Assembly: GCA_951406725.2 (NCBI GenBank) | Contig: OX597817.1 | Coordinates: forward strand, 91,822,001-91,886,000 | Reading direction: 5' to 3' | DNA length: 64,000 nucleotides | Source of the DNA: Octopus vulgaris | Lineage: Eukaryota | Part shown: positions 57,291-64,000 of the stretch, piece by piece | Layout: each line of letters opens with the position of its first letter | Numbering within the stretch: position 1 is the first letter of the stretch | Made by a program: the position numbers and the translations under genes | The notes under the pieces: model-generated | Seen by the model: the letters and a program-made list of their open reading frames with translations, nothing else | Told to the model about the DNA's origin: nothing | Databases searched by the model: none

Positions 57291-57620
57291 TATTATATTA
57301 AATTAGAGATAAAACCACTATTAGGCAAATCATACAAAGAAAAACTTGAGCCAATACATAAGATTAATTAATTTATATTATTTAAATATATATCAAAATT
57401 ATTAAAAAATATTAATTATCTTTTTTAATAATTTTGATATATATTTAAATAATATAAATTAATTAATCTTATGTATTGGCTTAAGTTTTTCTTTGTATGA
57501 TTCGCCTAATAGTGGTTTTATCTCTAATTTAATATAATATAATATTTTACTATAAAATTGGATTCAATCCTAAATCTGATTTTTCCCTGTAAGTTTGGAT
57601 TTATTCCCTAATATTTTATT
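57291..57620. repeat. AT-rich foldback (arms ~57291-57409 and 57421-57538) with a ~80-bp one-sided tail
   Basis: Arms are reverse complements with about 2 mismatches. Confidence 0.88.
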
Positions 57621-57707
57621 ATATATATATATATTTATATATATTTGTATATATATATATATATATATATAAATGGAGTTTAATGCAGGTATAATTCAAA
57701 TACTTTT

Positions 57708-57795
57708 ACTTCCAACACATGTTTTGAAGATTTCACTGATATTGTTCCAAAGGAATAAATGGTGTAAAGTAATGTAACCTTCTCTTCAGGGAAGT
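57708..57795 (-). ncRNA. Type-I hammerhead motif with long stem II (G12A-mutated)
   Basis: ACTTCC-CTGAAGA-GAAGG...TCTTC-AAAA-CATGTG-TT-GGAAGT. Perfect 6-bp stem I. Confidence 0.65.
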
Positions 57796-58734
57796 GAAGA
57801 AATGAAACTCATCAATAAGACATTTTAACAGAAAATGATGTATATGTATAATGATTTACTGAACCTATTAATATTGTTTGAAAAAATGTTATATGATATA
57901 ACATCAGAAGTAGCCTATAGAAAGAGGAGGGATATTTTTTTTAGTGAATGTTAAATATAAAAAGAAAAATAATGATTAAATTATATATAATGATAGAGAT
58001 TACTTATATGAACTAAAGGTGTGTTTTTGCCAATGTTTACATCCTTGTCCTCTCTTAATTCTCTTGGATTCATTCTTTGTTCCTAGTCTTGTCACAACTG
58101 TCTATCTCTCGTCAATAGGACTTCCCTCCAAGGATCCAAACACTGTATTTTTTCACATTTGTTTTTGCTTCACCTGTATCTATACCACTGTCACCCACTG
58201 CACAAAATTCTCCTTCTGCAATGACATGCACATAAATCAAACCAGTAGCCATTTAGTCAAATGATTCATGAAACATCTTTTGGACATTCAGCTTGGAAAC
58301 CTTACCTCTGTCTCTAACCATTTTCACTCCCTACACTATTAATTTGCAAACTTTAAGTTACGCACAGAGCAGTATTTTATTTTTTCTCTTCAAATCCATG
58401 CCACCTTCAACCTCAAGTCAATGCCATTTTCCTATAAAAATGCACTGCACACACACACACACATACACATTGAATCAACCGTTTTTGACATAAAGCAGCA
58501 ATATTCATAATAACTGAATACACACTTCCATTACACATTTTTGCATCCACATACACATACAAACCTGTATATCTAGTAGACATGCACAAAACACATGCAG
58601 TCGCTCACACAAACACATGACAAATGAATGACCACATTCATTTGATAATTATTCATAGCAAATTCAAGAACACATACATTACAATTTGACAATCACATTT
58701 CTTCATATGCGCAAACATACATGCATATAAGAGA

Positions 58735-58883
58735 CTAGCAGTATAACCCGGCCTTGTCCGGGATTGAGTTACGATTATTAAGCTAATCAAGTTCTTTATT
58801 TCAAACCAAACTAAGTAATATAGACGTCAAATTTGGGCGAAATCCGTTGAAATTAGTTATATTATATATATATGTATATATCA

Positions 58884-58961
<78 letters not shown>

Positions 58962-59862
58962 AATATATATGGGCAACAGACACGAACACACATACACACA
59001 CGTACGTACGTACACCTATTGCGTGTTTTGTGCACGCATACATGTTCATAAACAGAAATGAATAGGAAAAATGTTGTTAAATTTGTAGATTAACACTCAC
59101 ACAATTTTCACTAAGAAAAAAATCGTTTTTTTTTTTTGCCTGGAATCAACTACTCTGGCCTCAAAACCCTTTTGTGGTCCGTGAAACAGAGTGGGGTGTG
59201 GTGGAAGCCTTGCAAATTGTACCCATTTATATTGTGTAATTCACTGACAAATCGTTACTCACCTCTTTGTTTCTTTGTTGTTAAATAAATGGATTGTCAA
59301 CAAAACACTTTTTTACTCGGGGTAAAATAAAAACAAAACTCTTTTGCACCCAAAGTAATGTGTGTGAGAGAAAGAGGAGGGGGAGAAAGATGAACGATTT
59401 AGAATAAATAAATGATTTTAAATAAATATATTGTAATTGTTGTGTGAGAAAGTATATATACTATGATTATAAAATATAGTGTGCCTTTCAAAAACAAAAA
59501 CATTTTACATTTTATTTTTTATGAACGTAGTCACTTACTCTCTCTCTCTCCCTCTCTTACTTTGTTTTTCCCATGAAACTCTCTGCCTCCTTTTTCCGCT
59601 TTTCTTTATCTTATTTTTTTTTTTGTCAGACGCCATCAAAAAGTAAAGGCTGATATTTGTTATGGTTAAAAGCTATGGTTGAAAATACATTTTTACCCTA
59701 TCCGCGGGTGCCTTGGGGTGGTGGGGAAATAAGTTGACAAAACCCAGATAGGATGTTGACAAATGTCCTCCTAAAATTTGAGCGACATGCGTGCTAATTT
59801 GTTGATGTGCATAAATTACAATCACGTACACACACACACACACACATCCTCCCTTTTATAGA
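58735..59862 (-). mobile_element. Non-autonomous Helitron-like element
   Basis: Minus strand A|TC start and CTAG|T end. Hairpin CCCGG-ccttgt-CCGGG at 58747-58762. Confidence 0.75.
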
Positions 59863-60211
59863 TATGATATACACACACATACACAATATACACACTCTCA
59901 CATAGTCACTTATACTCACATACATAGAACACAAAGATGATAGTATACACTGTGTAATTACTTTCACATGCTTCACATACATATAGACACACACACACAC
60001 ACACATACACACAGTAATATGTTCACAGGTACATACATCAGCCTAGCTCCTAGTTTAGCAACCATAAGTCCTGCAGCAAACGAACACACAGACATACTTT
60101 CAGAATACAACTGCCAAACACTATTCAATGTCTTTACCTACACACAAACTCATATACATACCACATTACACATTGAGAACTAAATACACAGAAACTACTT
60201 CATCATACCAC

Positions 60212-60251
<40 letters not shown>

Positions 60252-60947
60252 ATGCATACAAACACACACACAAACACACACACACAATATGCCACCAACA
60301 CACAAATACACACATCTGTCCTCACATTCATTCTCCAGCCAAAACATACCCCATTTAGTCTACTCCTTACCGGTAGTCAAGTCAACACAAAGCTTGTAGA
60401 ACAGTACCACATGACAGCTCTCCTGGAGATTGCAATTTTAATTTTCCAACCACCTATTCCAATTTTTTTTTATCCATTTTCTCCTGGTCTTTCCTCCTCT
60501 CTTTTATCACTATCCAAACAAGGACAATGTCCAGAATGTAATAGCCATTAACTCTTTTCACTCTCTTGGGTGTCAAACTAATAACAGTGACTGTGAATTA
60601 ATCCGGTCATTTTGTTCTTTTTTGCCTTTTTATTTCAACATATATATTTCTTTATTTGTGTGTGTGTGTGTGTGTGTAATTGGTCAATAGTACATCATCA
60701 TCATCATTTAACATATGTTTTCCATGCTGGCATGAGTTGGACGGTTTGACAGAGCTGGAAAGTCAGAAGACTGCACTAACACACTCTAAAGTATTAAAGC
60801 AGTAATACTCAGAAGATTGCTTGCTATGGCCGGTCAGACAGTAACCACTGGTTTCACACCTATAAAGCTCCAAGGGCTTTATAGATGTGAAAAAATTTAC
60901 AAAACCAACAGTTACTCATTGTCCAGCCATAACAAAGAAGTGGCTAA

Positions 60948-60996
<49 letters not shown>

Positions 60997-60999
<3 letters not shown>

Positions 61000-62465
61000 T
61001 TGCGGCCAAAATGTTCAGAACGGCATTGTTTTCGCCAGAAAAAGTGGGTATAAGTTTTTATCAAAGTTGTTTTATATTCTATAATTTTCACACACAATAA
61101 ATACAATATTAATTGTTATTGTCTGAGATTTTGGTGTAATTTGAGCGGATAATACAAAAGTTATAGATGATTTAGTGATTTACTGCAAAACCCATGGCGG
61201 CCAAAATGATCAGAACGGTTACTTTTACTCCGTGTTTTAGTATATTTAACTGGCAAACTCTAATGTTTTGAATTTGTTTACGTGATGGTTCATTTACTAA
61301 ACATTAGTAAGAATATCTGCAGTGTACTTTGTTAATATAATGCCACTTACTCCGTTATCAATTCGTTAGCAGATTATTAAGCTTCGAAAGAAGGATAATT
61401 TAAGTATTGGGTCTATTGCAAAGATTGTTAACAAGTCAAAAAGTGTTGTTCACGGTATTCTTAAGGTCTTCGATGAATGTGGTTTGTGTGAAGCAAGAAA
61501 GTCTACAGGTAGGCCAAGAAAAACGACCAAGAGAGAAGATCGTGCTATGGTAAAGTTGGTTAAAAAGGACAGATTTAAAACTGCTGCTGCTGTTCCTTGG
61601 GAAATGAGCATTGTACTGAAGAAAACGTTATCTCGAAAAACTGTGTCTCATCGTTTAGTTGAACATAACCTACAAGCAAGATCACCTGCAGTGAAGCCAC
61701 TGATCAGTTCCAAAAATAAAAACTGTCATCTTACCTTTGCAACCGAACATGTGTTGTGGTCTCAAGAAAAATGGCAAACGGTGCATTTCAGTGATGAATC
61801 TAAGTTTATGTTATTTAGCTCAGATGGGAAAAGGTATGTTCGTTGAAAAGTAGGTGAAAAATTGTCGCCTAAATGCCTTAAGACTAGTGTTAAATTCGGT
61901 GGAAGAAGTGTCATGGTTTGGGGGATGATATCTGGAAATGGTGTGGGCTCTTTGGCGCGATTACACGGAAAGGTAAATGCAGGAGTTTATAAACAACTCG
62001 TAAAAGATCATGTCTTGCCTGTGCTGAGAAATTCAACTAAGCGACCACCCATATTCATGCAGGACAATGCCCCATGTCACAAGGCTAAGGTGGTCATGAA
62101 CTTCCTCAAGGCTGAAAAGGTTATTATTATGGATTGGCCTGCTCAAAGCCCAGATCTCAATCCTATTGAAAATGTGTGGAATATTCTAGGAGAACGTTCA
62201 AAAGCCAGAAATCCTAAAACAACCGAGCAATTATGGAATGCCCTTCAGGAAGAATGGAATAAGATCACCTAGTAAGAAATTGAAAATTTAATTTCCTCAT
62301 GCAGTCAAAGATGTCAAAGTGTGATTGAAGCTAAAGGGCTTCACACTAAATATTAAATAATTCCCGTATTCTCTGTCATTTTTGATTATTTTGTTATTTT
62401 TTCAACTGTTCTGATCATTTTGGCCACCATGGGTTTTGCAGTAAATAACTAAATCATCCATAACT
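60997..62465 (+). mobile_element. Tc1-like transposon (IR/DR type), right TIR truncated
   Basis: TA|CAGT start. Direct repeat GCGGCCAAAATG(T/A)TCAGAACGG at ~61002 and ~61197. Inverted inner repeat at 62405-62465. Confidence 0.9.
61340..62356 (+). pseudogene. Tc1 DD34E transposase, one frame with premature stops
   Basis: GRPRKT, FSDESKF, QDNAPCH, SPDLNPIENVW and TKY*. Stops at ~61367, 61844 and 62270-62275. Confidence 0.9.
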
Positions 62466-62529
62466 GAGTGTGTTAAATTATAAGGCACAAAAAGAAAATG
62501 ACTCTCCCCAGACACAACAGAATATATAT

Positions 62530-62850
62530 TTAAAGTAGCACAGAAACCAAATCAAACTCTTTCAGTCATGAAAGTTTCCTTCCAATGTACAAGTCTGGAC
62601 AAGGTTGTTTATAGAAGATCAGCAGTTACCCATTGCATGGCAGTCTCCACTCTTCATGACACCAATGTTATCCAAGGGAAAGGCAAAGGCCAATACAGCT
62701 TGGCACCAGTGACATTTCTACAGATGAGTGAACTGGAGCAACGTGAAATGAAATGTCTTGCTCAAAAACACAACACAGAGCCCAGTCTGGGAATGAAACT
62801 CATTACCTCATGATTGTGAGCCCAACGTTCTAACCACTGAGCTTGAGCCT
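62530..62850 (-). mobile_element. tRNA-derived SINE family D
   Basis: Minus-strand head GCTCAGTGGTTAGAACG...GAGTTCATTCCC. Confidence 0.7.
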
Positions 62851-62851
62851 T

Positions 62852-62893
<42 letters not shown>

Positions 62894-63627
62894 TACATAT
62901 ATTCTTTTATCCATTCAACCATGTGGCTGTGGTCATGCTGGAGTGAACACATTCATACATGCATACACACTCGCATACATAGTTGTATAAAGACACATAC
63001 ATATATATACATATACATATGCAGACACACACAACCATATATACACACATATATTTACATATGCACACACACATACTCACATATATGTATATACATACTT
63101 ATCCATACACATATATATATGCATGCACACTTATAGATGCTAACATATAGAAAAGAATATATCGAATGACTTATGCATGTGTCTATATAATCAGTGTATA
63201 TAAGTGCATGCATAAGTAAAAAGATTCACAGGTGCCCAGCAGTATAATCATATACATATAAACAAATAGAAATTTAAATGGCAGTGAAAAATAGACGTAG
63301 TTATGTAGACACATATGCATCATATATAGACATATATGCATGATATATATATATATGAGAGGAGCTTCTTTCAGTTTCCATCTACCAAATCCACTCAAAT
63401 CTAAAGTTATGGATATACATATAAACAGATATAGACATGCAAATATATATATATGCATATATATATATATATATACACACACTCACACACATACACACAC
63501 ACATACACACAAATATATATATATATACATGCACTTACTCATACATATGTGTATGTACGTGTATATATATATGTGTGTGTGTGTGTTAGTGTATATATGT
63601 GTGTGTGTGTGTGTATATATATGTATA

Positions 63628-63741
<114 letters not shown>

Positions 63742-63845
63742 CTGGAGTAAACACATAAATGTGAAACAAGGTGGAAAAAAGAGTACTCAAATACCAGTGG
63801 TAGAGTAATATGCTTTATTTTAAGCAGCAGAAAATTCAACAAAAT

Positions 63846-63883
63846 CTGTTACTCTGAGTTTCTCGTTGCCGTTCATCAGACAG
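63846..63883 (-). ncRNA. Minimal type-I hammerhead ribozyme motif
   Basis: CTGT-CTGATGA-aCG gcaa CGa-GAAA-CTC a GAG-TA-ACAG. Confidence 0.75.
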
Positions 63884-63900
63884 TTCCATTCTAGCAAAAA

Positions 63901-63938
63901 CTATCTGATGAACGGCAACGAGAAACTCAGAGTAACAG
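63901..63938 (+). ncRNA. Minimal type-I hammerhead ribozyme motif (mirror copy)
   Basis: CTAT-CTGATGA-acggcaacga-GAAA-CTCAGAG-TA-ACAG. Confidence 0.72.
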
Positions 63939-64000
63939 ATTTTGTTGAATTTTCTGCTGCTTAAAATAAAGTATATATGTATATATATATATGTGTGTAT

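Overview
AT-rich animal DNA, saturated with microsatellites and transposons. The SINE families look Octopus/cephalopod-like (inference from sequence recall, no search run). Almost all short ORFs in the track are translations of simple repeats. Most of the window appears to be intron of a minus-strand gene: five short exons with compatible splice phases end in a coiled coil and a kinesin-14-like neck (KERKQRKQLHNDLM). The introns hold many R4/Dong-type RLE LINE fragments inserted in (AAT)n or (ATAC)n tracts, a near full-length decayed RTE LINE, mariner and Tc1 transposons, two Helitron-like elements, several tRNA-SINE families, a foldback MITE with a (TTAGGG)n core, and a ~540-bp non-coding element that sits in AAT tracts. 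The main finding is at least five unrelated non-coding elements carrying minimal type-I hammerhead ribozyme (HHR) motifs (CUGANGA...GAAA...NUH), plus one foldback with only the 3' half. Several are built as an inverted repeat with a one-sided tail, the geometry known for Penelope-like element LTRs. One (31414-33724) joins a tRNA-derived Pol III head to a hammerhead tail, is inserted head-to-head, and is bounded by a 13-bp target-site duplication. It is a candidate SINE/retrozyme hybrid mobilised by Penelope-like elements. All coordinates and folds were read by eye.
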